This document shows, one piece after another, positions 9,730 through 17,442 of a stretch of DNA of 31,626 bases. Position numbers and translations under genes: made by a program. The notes below the pieces were generated by a model. It did not search any database. It was given only the letters and a program-made list of their open reading frames with translations, and was not told the origin of the DNA. How positions within the stretch are numbered: position 1 is the stretch's first letter; each line of letters opens with the position of its first letter. This DNA comes from an uncultured virus (IMG/VR IMGVR_UViG_3300027877_000003) (taxonomy: Duplodnaviria > Heunggongvirae > Uroviricota > Caudoviricetes), in the IMG/VR virus record IMGVR_UViG_3300027877_000003; one strand, 5' to 3'.

Positions 9730-10271
9730 TATTCTTTACTCCTTATATAATCTTCTACTTCAAGTACATTATCTACAAAATTATAATTCAAATAATTATG
9801 ATCATTATACGGTTGACGAATAAGAATAGTATCTGTATAAGGGACTATTCTATCTAATATATCTGTCCTATCATCTATATATAACTCTATTTCATTTTTT
9901 ATAATGTGCAGTTCTTTGTCAAATCCTTCGATGGTAATTAAATTTTCTGTAAAAGGAAGTTTATTTTTCTCCATCCAATTTTCTGTAGTATACCATACAT
10001 TCTTTGGCCTAGAAGTAATATAAAATAATGCATATTTTTCTGCTAATCTATTTAACATTGATAAGATATCTAAATTAATATTCCTCTTTACATAAAAATC
10101 TGGTTGAGATGCTAAAGCTTTCATCTCTTCTTCTGTTGTATAAGTTCTAAAGTTAGCCCAATACTCTTGATAACTTAATCCATTTATTCTCCTTGCACCT
10201 TTTAAATATTCATAAATTACTTCATGCCAACTGTACAGTACCCCGTCTAAATCCCATCCAATATTTTTCAT
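9729..10271 (-). CDS. HAD-family 5'(3')-deoxyribonucleotidase
   Basis: WDLDGVL, YITSR, K, YIDDR, QPYN. Confidence 0.8.
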   Translation of the reverse strand: MKNIGWDLDGVLYSWHEVIYEYLKGARRINGLSYQEYWANFRTYTTEEEMKALASQPDFYVKRNINLDILSMLNRLAEKYALFYITSRPKNVWYTTENWMEKNKLPFTENLITIEGFDKELHIIKNEIELYIDDRTDILDRIVPYTDTILIRQPYNDHNYLNYNFVDNVLEVEDYIRSKE

Positions 10272-10477
10272 TTGTTCTCCTTTTTCTTTTCAAACCATAT
10301 TTTATTAATTAAATTTCCATCTCTCCATTCAGTTGAGTAACACATAATAATTTTATCTGGTGGAAGATCTGTTAACTTTGCAAATGCACATGCAAACTCC
10401 TCAATGTGTGACATTATATTTTTTGCTATCTCATTCGTAAAGATATTCAGATCTGAAGAGTAATTGTTTAAACTCAT
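10268..10477 (-). CDS. hypothetical protein
   Basis: 69-aa ORF overlapping the primase end. Confidence 0.5.
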   Translation of the reverse strand: MSLNNYSSDLNIFTNEIAKNIMSHIEEFACAFAKLTDLPPDKIIMCYSTEWRDGNLINKIWFEKKKENK

Positions 10478-11297
10478 CTAAGCTGTTCCCTTCTCTAAAA
10501 AAGTCTACTGTATCATATTTCTCTGGATAATTAGTAAATCGGCAAATCCGTGTTCTAAAAATTCCTAGACTCTTTGCTACTAACTCAGCGGCCTTCTCTC
10601 CTGCCTCATCATGATCGGCTATATAATAGATTTCCTTTTGATTAGTAAAGTATCTTATCCAGCCTTTATCCCATCCTAAATTTCCACTGGTATGACTCAT
10701 AGCAGGAAATCCTAATTGATTTAAAAGAATGGCGTCTACTGGGCCTTCTGTAATTAATACTGTAGTAGTTAGCTGTAGTATAGAACTGTTGAATAAAAGT
10801 CCTCCTACCCCTGTATACCAAGGTCTGATAGTTTTAGGTTCATCCTTTCTGCATTGAAAATTTCTAAACGCTCCATCCATAAAGATAGGGATTACATTCC
10901 AGTCATCTAAATATCCTAATAAGAATCTATCTATTGTAGTATCAGTCAGACATCTTTTATACCAGTATTCTCTATTGTTTTGTCCATTTTCCCAAGCTAT
11001 CTTAACTAGTTCTGGATAGACGGAAAACAATTCTTCTTCCGGTCTAATAAATAATCTATCTGATATACCTTGATTAATGGGTATAACTCCATTGTCTAGA
11101 GTTTTCATAGCCTCTTGAGCAGAAAGTAACTTTACTTTAGTGAGCCAGTCATATGCATTCCCATATAAATTTTTGCTATTCCAGAAAAATAGATCTCTTT
11201 CTCTATCAATGACAAGAGAATTATGCTCCTCTGTTCTGCCCCACCTACCAGAACCAATTACTCTATAGTCTTGAGAGATAAGTTCTTCTATAGTCAT
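10431..11297 (-). CDS. DNA primase (TOPRIM)
   Basis: LFN, ITEGPVDAI, ADHDEAGEKAA, KYDTVD. Confidence 0.85.
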   Translation of the reverse strand: MTIEELISQDYRVIGSGRWGRTEEHNSLVIDRERDLFFWNSKNLYGNAYDWLTKVKLLSAQEAMKTLDNGVIPINQGISDRLFIRPEEELFSVYPELVKIAWENGQNNREYWYKRCLTDTTIDRFLLGYLDDWNVIPIFMDGAFRNFQCRKDEPKTIRPWYTGVGGLLFNSSILQLTTTVLITEGPVDAILLNQLGFPAMSHTSGNLGWDKGWIRYFTNQKEIYYIADHDEAGEKAAELVAKSLGIFRTRICRFTNYPEKYDTVDFFREGNSLDEFKQLLFRSEYLYE

Positions 11298-11482
11298 TAT
11301 GAAATCTCTTTCAATGTATCATGTACTTCATGAATTTCTACTTCAATAATTGTATCTAAATCTCCTGATTCCCAAAGATTCCAAAGTTCATTTTCTAAAT
11401 CTTCTTTACTTTTGTAGAACTTATCCGAAATATAATACACAGGATTCAATTCATAGTCAATTAGGATGTAGATCTTTTTCAT
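11297..11482 (-). CDS. small acidic hypothetical protein
   Basis: 61 aa, AAGGAG RBS. Confidence 0.55.
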   Translation of the reverse strand: MKKIYILIDYELNPVYYISDKFYKSKEDLENELWNLWESGDLDTIIEVEIHEVHDTLKEIS

Positions 11483-11491
11483 GTCAACTCC

Positions 11492-11686
11492 TTATGGAAA
11501 GAATGAAAATAAAGAAACCGCTCCGATAAATAATAACATTATAATTCCAGCTAAGAGAAATAGATTTCCAGTTTTACCTGTATTTGGATTTCCTGTTACA
11601 CTACATTCAATTAATTTACTAACGCCTATAAGACCACAAGCAACTCCTAGAAATATTCCAATAACTAATAAAGAATAAATAAACAT
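11492..11686 (-). CDS. small two-TM membrane protein
   Basis: AAGGAGG RBS before MFIYSLL (11686); two hydrophobic helices. Confidence 0.65.
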   Translation of the reverse strand: MFIYSLLVIGIFLGVACGLIGVSKLIECSVTGNPNTGKTGNLFLLAGIIMLLFIGAVSLFSFFP

Positions 11687-11715
11687 TTTATTCCTCCTTT
11701 CATAATCTTTACCTG

Positions 11716-11791
11716 CACCTTCGGAGAGACTCGAACTCTCATGATCCAATTACCCTTTCTTCACGTTAGAACCGTGAGGGGATACGAAGGT
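11716..11791 (-). ncRNA. tRNA-like RNA lacking a canonical D-arm (UCU/Arg-like anticodon)
   Basis: Minus strand reads ACCTTCG TA TCCCC TCACG GTTCTAA CGTGA AGAAAGGGTAATTGGATCAT GAGAG TTCGAGT CTCTC CGAAGGT G: perfect 7-bp acceptor stem, perfect T-arm, 5-bp anticodon-like hairpin with 7-nt loop. Confidence 0.75.
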
Positions 11792-11806
11792 ATGCGACAA
11801 GTATTT

Positions 11807-11908
11807 TCATGGGTTTCTCTTCAACATCAATGCCACTTGTGCCAAGATCAATCCAGCCGCTATCAATAGTAGTCCTACAATTACCATCGTTGCAGATTCA
11901 GGGATCAT
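11807..11908 (-). CDS. 33-aa single-TM micropeptide
   Basis: Hand translation [45 protein letters not shown] overlap with the LPQTG gene stop. Confidence 0.65.
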   Translation of the reverse strand: MIPESATMVIVGLLLIAAGLILAQVALMLKRNP

Positions 11909-12399
11909 CTCTCCCTCCATACGTATCTGTATACATTAAGTACAAGAATAATTGCCAAACACACCAATGCACCAGTAAAAAGCAACCTGAGATCATCGTC
12001 TATGCCCGTCTGTGGCAACATCGGTATCGGCGTGGGCTTAGATGGCTTATCCTGCGTTGCCGTTATTGTGGGCGTGTAGGTTGCAGGGGTAGGTGTCAGC
12101 GTCTGCTCAGGTACAGTCGCCGTCATAGTTGGGGTATCCGGTGGTGGCGTTTCTCCTGGCGTATCGCTTGGCTGTGGTGTATCCGTAATCTGCGGTGTGT
12201 CTGTCAGTTGTGGTGTATCCGTAGGGACTGGTGTATCAGTCGGAAAAGGTGTATCTGTAAGGAACGGTGTTTCCGTAGGCGGCAATGGAGTTTCACTTGG
12301 CTGTGGTGTGTCCGTTGGTGGGCATACTACTTCCGCCTTTGCTATACCAACCCATATCCCTGCAATTGCCAAGACGATAACGATTATAAACAGTCTCAT
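11905..12399 (-). CDS. Pro/Thr-repeat surface protein with signal peptide and LPXTG (LPQTG) sorting signal
   Basis: Signal peptide ending AKA-E, about ten xx(T/S)(D/E)TP repeats, LPQTG (12004-12018), TM helix, basic tail RYVWRER. Confidence 0.85.
   Translation of the reverse strand: MRLFIIVIVLAIAGIWVGIAKAEVVCPPTDTPQPSETPLPPTETPFLTDTPFPTDTPVPTDTPQLTDTPQITDTPQPSDTPGETPPPDTPTMTATVPEQTLTPTPATYTPTITATQDKPSKPTPIPMLPQTGIDDDLRLLFTGALVCLAIILVLNVYRYVWRER
12176..12276. repeat. 18-bp degenerate tandem repeat coding xxTDTP
   Basis: GGTGTNTCNGT units starting at 12176, 12194, 12212, 12230, 12248, 12266. Confidence 0.85.
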
Positions 12400-12623
12400 G
12401 TCTTATCTCCTAATACTGAATCTAGAATTGCTCTTACTACTTCTTCTACTAATTCAAAAATAAATATAAGCATAATAAGTATTATCGGTAAGGGCCATAG
12501 AATTGAAAATCCAAGCCATGCAAAAATATTTTTTATATCAAGACTATCAGCTAAATAACTCCCAATAAAAAGATAGATTACAATTATACCTATAACTAAT
12601 CCTAATAAAAGATCTTCATTCAT
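12396..12623 (-). CDS. small two-TM membrane protein
   Basis: Hydrophobic helices incl. [16 protein letters not shown]-coupled to the LPQTG gene. Confidence 0.65.
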   Translation of the reverse strand: MNEDLLLGLVIGIIVIYLFIGSYLADSLDIKNIFAWLGFSILWPLPIILIMLIFIFELVEEVVRAILDSVLGDKT

Positions 12624-12796
12624 ATTCTAATTCCCATAGTTTTTCTTTAGCCTGTCTATTTTTATTAATTATTTTGGTTCTTCTCTTTTGCTGAATGCGT
12701 TGGATATTCTTTACAGAATCTCCATCTCTTTTCATTCCATTAATTTTCTTATATCTTTTTTTATCTCTGCGTAAAGCCTTAGTAATTTTACTCATA
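12616..12796 (-). CDS. small highly basic protein
   Basis: MSKITKALRRDKKRYKK...; Lys/Arg-rich; start approximate. Confidence 0.55.
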
Positions 12797-12997
12797 GTTT
12801 TTAAAAAAGGGAATGTCTCTATCATCCAGATAGGCATCTAAATTTGAATCTGATTTTCTATCCACTTTAATATAACCTTTACCAAGTTCTAATATAAACC
12901 ACTGATCACAGAAATCACAATATATATACGCTCTTCCGTTTATATGTTTCTTTTTTGAACAACCATTACAAATTGGACATTTTCTGGACATAATCAT
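12788..12997 (-). CDS. zinc-ribbon protein
   Basis: CPIC...CDFC. Confidence 0.6.
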   Translation of the reverse strand: MIMSRKCPICNGCSKKKHINGRAYIYCDFCDQWFILELGKGYIKVDRKSDSNLDAYLDDRDIPFFKNYE

Positions 12998-13235
12998 CGT
13001 CTTCCTTAGTTAAAGTTACTGTTCTAAAAAACATATCTAATTCTACATCTACTATTTCTTTTCTAAATTTGTCACAAATTCTTTCTAAAGCCTCATCATA
13101 GTCTATGTCTGAATCTACATCCTCTTTAATTACAATCAAATCATCTATAGCATGTTCATATGTAAGGTCATCAAATATAAAATTATCAAACATCCAGTTG
13201 CCAACATAATCTTCTTCTGAAAATAGATCTTCCAT
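12966..13235 (-). CDS. very acidic small protein (89 aa)
   Basis: AAGGAG RBS before MEDLFSEED; about 28 D/E versus 8 K/R by hand count. Confidence 0.7.
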   Translation of the reverse strand: MEDLFSEEDYVGNWMFDNFIFDDLTYEHAIDDLIVIKEDVDSDIDYDEALERICDKFRKEIVDVELDMFFRTVTLTKEDDDYVQKMSNL

Positions 13236-13262
13236 ATCTAGCTCCTTTCTTGAGTTACTCCT

Positions 13263-13273
13263 ATTATAGCACA
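13263..13273 (-). promoter_or_regulatory. extended -10 promoter element
   Basis: Minus strand TGTGCTATAAT in the gap after the IMPDH/GMPR gene; identical to 26720-26730 on +. Confidence 0.65.
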
Positions 13274-13301
13274 TAAATCCTGTAGTGAGATTAATAGATC
13301 C

Positions 13302-14261
13302 TTAGAAACTTTTCTTGATACTTCCACTTCCAGCCTCAATAAATCTTGCTCTCTGTCTGAGTTCATTCAAATTTCTAGCTCCGACATAGGTACATGCTGA
13401 TTTGATCCCATAAGAAAATTCAGAAATAAAATCTTCCAGCGATTGAGTTTTCTCTGTAGTCTTTTCCATTCCTTCTACGGATTTTACACTTTGATAATAT
13501 TCTTCTTGAAGCTTTCTGGATGCCATCCCATAGATAAGTCCGTTGTTAGAAGATTCGAAAGTTGTTGCCAAGAGACTTCCTAACATAACTAAGTCTGCCC
13601 CCGCTACAAAAGCTTTAACTGCATCTCCAGAATTCCTGATACCTCCATCAGCTACTGTAAATATATACTCACTACAATCCTGTATAGCAGTAATTTGTGG
13701 TATTCCAACTCCGGTTATATTTCTAGTAGTACACAACTGACCAGAACCAATTCCAACTCTAATCAAATCTACTCCCGCTTCCTGTAAATTTTTTGCTCCT
13801 ATTGCTGTAGCTACGTTCCCTGCCATAAGTAAACACTGGGAATTTTTAATTGTAATAAGTGCTTTTACTGACTCACAAAAATTTAATACATCGTGGGTAT
13901 ATCCATTAGCTACATCAATACAAATTATTTTAGCTCCTGCATCTAGAATAGCTCCTCTACTTGGAGAACCTAATCCTATAGACGCTCCCCAATTCTCTGT
14001 TTTATCTTTAACTTCATAGATATCTTTAAACAATTCTATTGCATCTTGATAAAATCTATGTAAGATTCCAATTCCTCCTAAATTACCTAAAGCAATTATA
14101 AGTTCTGGACTTACAATTCCTTTCATTGGAGATGCTATAACTGGAATCTTTAAAGTTAAATCATCACTTAGCTTTACTGAAAGGTCTACATCATCCCTAG
14201 AATTTACAGTAGATGGCTGAGGCTCGATCAAAACATCGTCAAAGTCCAATCCTTTTAACAT
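13302..14261 (-). CDS. IMP dehydrogenase / GMP reductase family protein, no CBS domains
   Basis: LDFDDVLI, ASPM, GILHRF, IDVANG, AGNVAT, RVGIGSGQLCTTR, ADGGIR, VMLGS, YGMAS, VEG; start 14261 overlaps the sortase stop (TAATG). Confidence 0.9.
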   Translation of the reverse strand: MLKGLDFDDVLIEPQPSTVNSRDDVDLSVKLSDDLTLKIPVIASPMKGIVSPELIIALGNLGGIGILHRFYQDAIELFKDIYEVKDKTENWGASIGLGSPSRGAILDAGAKIICIDVANGYTHDVLNFCESVKALITIKNSQCLLMAGNVATAIGAKNLQEAGVDLIRVGIGSGQLCTTRNITGVGIPQITAIQDCSEYIFTVADGGIRNSGDAVKAFVAGADLVMLGSLLATTFESSNNGLIYGMASRKLQEEYYQSVKSVEGMEKTTEKTQSLEDFISEFSYGIKSACTYVGARNLNELRQRARFIEAGSGSIKKSF

Positions 14262-14713
14262 TATTTCATTTCCTTTCCTATATTTTTTATTGGCAGAGCA
14301 ATAACAAACCTTACTCCCCAAGATTTTTTCCCATTCTTTTCTATACAAGTTTGTAAGATTAAATTATCCCTGTATAAATTTTGAACAGTGTAATATATTT
14401 TGAATATATTAAATTCATTATATCTTGTCCCGTCTTTCAGATCTATAAATATATCGAATCCATTCTTTATAACTCTTTGATATTCATCTATGTGATAAAC
14501 ATAATAAAGATATGTACTTCCATCTTCAAAGCCTATAGTTACTTTATCTCCTTCTTCTAAAGATAAAACCTCTGGATTATTATGAACCAACAACCCTATA
14601 GTGCTTGCTAAACCAAACTGAGTAAAATATGTATCGTCCACGTATGAATAATTTCCTTTCGGTTGTTGAACTACAGTTATTAAAATAGTTATAAAGATGA
14701 ATATAATTCTCAT
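14261..14713 (-). CDS. sortase-like cysteine transpeptidase (class F-like)
   Basis: N-terminal hydrophobic anchor; GLLVHN (His), LSLEEGDKVTI..DG..YLYYV, LILQTC (Cys), WGVRFVIA (Arg) in sortase order; start could be as far up as 14749. Confidence 0.75.
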   Translation of the reverse strand: MRIIFIFITILITVVQQPKGNYSYVDDTYFTQFGLASTIGLLVHNNPEVLSLEEGDKVTIGFEDGSTYLYYVYHIDEYQRVIKNGFDIFIDLKDGTRYNEFNIFKIYYTVQNLYRDNLILQTCIEKNGKKSWGVRFVIALPIKNIGKEMK

Positions 14714-14724
14714 AAGTTTGGGTC

Positions 14725-14750
14725 GGTGGAGGGATATTAATCCCTCCACC
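14725..14750. other. 11-bp perfect hairpin upstream of the sortase
   Basis: GGTGGAGGGAT-ATTA-ATCCCTCCACC; no U-tract in the minus direction. Confidence 0.7.
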
Positions 14751-14761
14751 CTAATTAAATA

Positions 14762-15082
14762 TTACTTTTTTAATTCTGCTCTATATTCCTTCAAGGGTTT
14801 CAAAGCGCCAGCATAACCTAACAAAGCGGCTAATGAAGCAATCAAAACCATAGCAACGTTTCTAGCCCATCCAGTCCAGTCTGTAGGCATTACATAACCT
14901 TCAAAACCAACTAAAGCCATTACAGGAATAAGTAAGATACTAAGAACAGGAATCCCAACCTCATAAAATCCAGCAGGAAAATCATAAGTAGGGTTCTTTA
15001 AAACAAACTTTCTAAGTAACAACTTAATCCCTTCCAATAACAACATGGCTACAGCCCCCGCTGATACACTAGTCTCAAACAT
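14762..15082 (-). CDS. three-TM membrane protein, holin-like
   Basis: 106 aa, three hydrophobic segments, charged C-tail; AAGGAGG RBS. Confidence 0.5.
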   Translation of the reverse strand: MFETSVSAGAVAMLLLEGIKLLLRKFVLKNPTYDFPAGFYEVGIPVLSILLIPVMALVGFEGYVMPTDWTGWARNVAMVLIASLAALLGYAGALKPLKEYRAELKK

Positions 15083-15083
15083 T

Positions 15084-15734
15084 TCATTCCTCCTTTATTC
15101 CTAAATAGTTTTTAATAGTTTCTACTCCTTTGGATGTAAATTCTCCAAAAGAAGTATCTAAATTATTTTCCAATTCAATTTCAAAATCCTGATAATTATC
15201 TAAAGAAGTTTCACTTATATCAAAATATTCTTTTGATCCTTTTAAACTTTCTCTTTCTGGTGCTTTTATTTTAATTCTAATAACTTTAAATTCTTCTGGA
15301 AATCTAACAAAATAATGGGCTTCATTTGGAAATCTCCAATCATCAATAATTATAAAGTCCGGAGGTAAATCTCCAGTAGATGAGAAAACCCTGTCCATCA
15401 ATTCTCCTGCCCAAAAATTTAGATCTACTTCCCTTCCTAAATTTCCTATATCTTGTAACAATTTTCTGCCTTTTTTATCCTTAGCTCCGTTCCAATGAAA
15501 ACATTCTTTAGCAATTAATTTAACTCCAGTTGCAAAAGACTCGCCAACAACAAGTGGAGATTTAGTTTTTAAATATTCATATAAAGCTAAGGCTAAAGTT
15601 GTTTTTCCTACTCCAGCTTTTCCGGAAATCAGGACAATATTAATAACTTTATTAGGCCAAAGAACATTTTCCCAATCTTCTTCTAAGGCTTCCATAAAAT
15701 CTGTTACTGGAATATCGGTTCTTAATTTTAACAT
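15084..15734 (-). CDS. deoxynucleoside monophosphate kinase-like P-loop kinase
   Basis: ISGKAGVGKTT, SFA, GRKLLQDIG, IIIDDWRFPNE, SETSLD. Confidence 0.8.
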   Translation of the reverse strand: MLKLRTDIPVTDFMEALEEDWENVLWPNKVINIVLISGKAGVGKTTLALALYEYLKTKSPLVVGESFATGVKLIAKECFHWNGAKDKKGRKLLQDIGNLGREVDLNFWAGELMDRVFSSTGDLPPDFIIIDDWRFPNEAHYFVRFPEEFKVIRIKIKAPERESLKGSKEYFDISETSLDNYQDFEIELENNLDTSFGEFTSKGVETIKNYLGIKEE

Positions 15735-15736
15735 TC

Positions 15737-15949
15737 TTACTCCTTTAATTCTGATATAATTCCTTCTAATGCTTTAATGCTTAAACAATTAGTCTTAACT
15801 AAATATTTAATTAGGGCTGTAAAATTAGGAATACTTATGATTATAGAATCCCTTGTCGATAAAAAATATCTACTTCCCGGCACTAATTTAATAACTAATA
15901 CATTTAGATTTGGTATTTTAGATATAGTTATTTTATTATTCTGCTCCAT
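15737..15949 (-). CDS. hypothetical protein
   Basis: 70 aa, AAGGAG RBS. Confidence 0.6.
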   Translation of the reverse strand: MEQNNKITISKIPNLNVLVIKLVPGSRYFLSTRDSIIISIPNFTALIKYLVKTNCLSIKALEGIISELKE

Positions 15950-15978
15950 TATTTCTCCTTAAGTATTCCTGAAGTAGT

Positions 15979-16257
15979 TTACATATAAACTGTTGTTTCT
16001 TTAGAAAACAAATCATGCTGTAAAGCATTAAGATACTGAGCAGTATCCAACCAAGATCTAGATAAAGCGGCTTCTACTTCTTTATCTACAGATACAAACT
16101 GAACTTGTTCTGTCTCCCAAGTATTTCCATCTAAAGAACGTTCTTGTTTAACAGCGTTTGTTATTTTCCAGTCTCCATCTTCTAATCTAAAAAGTGAAAG
16201 TTCTGTTGTAAATTTCCAATAAGCGTATGGGCTTTCATTAAATTCTTTTGAATTCAT
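15979..16257 (-). CDS. hypothetical protein
   Basis: 92 aa, AAGGAG RBS. Confidence 0.65.
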   Translation of the reverse strand: MNSKEFNESPYAYWKFTTELSLFRLEDGDWKITNAVKQERSLDGNTWETEQVQFVSVDKEVEAALSRSWLDTAQYLNALQHDLFSKETTVYM

Positions 16258-16268
16258 TCTTAACTCCT

Positions 16269-16949
16269 TTATATTGATTTCTTAATCCATTTTCTAGAAA
16301 ACTCTAGTTTATCATGTAAAATTTCTAAGATTTCTACATCTCCAATATTGTGTGCCACCACTTCTTTTAGTGCTTTTGGATCTCCATATCTAGCTTTTCT
16401 CCATACTTCCCTTCTAAGAGGAGTCTTTCCGGAAATATTTAGAAAATCACATGCGGCATCTAAAGAATTTCTTGACAATTTTAGTTTAGATTTTACAGTA
16501 TAGAATAAATCCCAATGGAAAAGATCACCATAGCTAGGAAATTCTAATCCGTAATGTAAGGCTTTTGATCTCATAAAAGGCAAATCAAAATTAGTTGAAT
16601 AGTACCCTATAATAATTCCGTAACTATTTAATTCATTGACAAAAGCTTCTACTACTCTCTTATCTTCTAAACCATTAAACAAATCTTCTTTAGTTATTAC
16701 AAATGTTTTTGTTTCTCCTCCTTTTTCTTTTATTGCCCAAGATAAAACTGCCGAAAAATCTGCATCAAATCCTGTAGTTTCTATATCAAAATACCCTATC
16801 TTATATCCCGGAAAATTATACCAAGGAAGTCCAGTAGCTTTTATCCATTCTTTTTCATTAACTTCTTCTTTCAATAACCCTTTAACAAAACACTTTGGAT
16901 GCTCTGATATAGTATGTCTGTGGATACATCGTAATTCTTTTTTAATCAT
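16269..16949 (-). CDS. RNase H-fold 3'-5' exonuclease (DEDD, PolB-exo/YprB-like)
   Basis: YFDIETTG, GYYSTNFDLPF, HNIGDV; N-terminal CIHRH..HPKC putative Zn site. Confidence 0.8.
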   Translation of the reverse strand: MIKKELRCIHRHTISEHPKCFVKGLLKEEVNEKEWIKATGLPWYNFPGYKIGYFDIETTGFDADFSAVLSWAIKEKGGETKTFVITKEDLFNGLEDKRVVEAFVNELNSYGIIIGYYSTNFDLPFMRSKALHYGLEFPSYGDLFHWDLFYTVKSKLKLSRNSLDAACDFLNISGKTPLRREVWRKARYGDPKALKEVVAHNIGDVEILEILHDKLEFSRKWIKKSI

Positions 16950-16959
16950 AAGTCTCCTT

Positions 16960-17442
16960 TTAAATTCTTTCATTGTTTTCTATGATAGAAATTAGTTTTT
17001 CTACAGCGAAAGGAGGAAGATTATATTTTTCTGATATATAATTTATATACCCTCCATCTGTAAATACTCCACCTAAAGAAAAGGCTATTCTGTCACAAAC
17101 TGCTCTGAATATATTTTTGACTGTTCTTTGATCCATTCCTAAAGTTGTGCCAATTTCTTTATAAAACTTTCCTAAACTTAATTCATTAATGATATATAAT
17201 TCTTTTTGGTCTATATCCCCTTTCTTCAAAAGATCGTCTAGTTTCTTTTCTATAGAAACTAGAAAATTATAATCATCTGTATTAGTTATTGGATCTATAT
17301 ACGCTATCTCAAAGTCTTCTGTTATAGGGACATCTCCATTACCATCAGAAAATTCATCTGATAGTTCTATAGTCTTTATTTCTCCCTGTAAACTTTTAAT
17401 CCCATGTCTATTTAATAATAGGGTTTGTACAATCCAACTCAT
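16960..17442 (-). CDS. HTH protein (sigma70 region 4 / LuxR-like)
   Basis: IDQKELYII..LSLGKFYKEIGTTLGMDQRTVKNIFRA. Confidence 0.65.
   Translation of the reverse strand: MSWIVQTLLLNRHGIKSLQGEIKTIELSDEFSDGNGDVPITEDFEIAYIDPITNTDDYNFLVSIEKKLDDLLKKGDIDQKELYIINELSLGKFYKEIGTTLGMDQRTVKNIFRAVCDRIAFSLGGVFTDGGYINYISEKYNLPPFAVEKLISIIENNERI

Noticed and set aside
11687..11749. N-terminal extension of the 85-aa ORF
   Set aside because: Overlaps the tRNA-like gene; a strong RBS sits before ATG 11686
11760..11780. CUA amber-suppressor anticodon and stop-codon recoding
   Set aside because: The stem places TCT at the loop centre; conserved genes are intact in the standard code and TAG ends genes normally
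12176..12276. Periodic 11-bp repeats as a CRISPR array
   Set aside because: 18-bp period, degenerate at third codon positions, coding; no spacer-length unique segments
11809..12558. 249-aa Arg/Cys/Trp-rich plus-strand ORF and 12197-12463 (GVSVG repeats)
   Set aside because: Antisense shadows of the GC-rich Pro/Thr repeat gene, which has the coherent signal-repeat-LPXTG-TM layout
14262..14348. N-terminal extension of IMPDH/GMPR
   Set aside because: Overlaps the sortase; family homology starts at MLKGLDFDD with an AAGGA RBS
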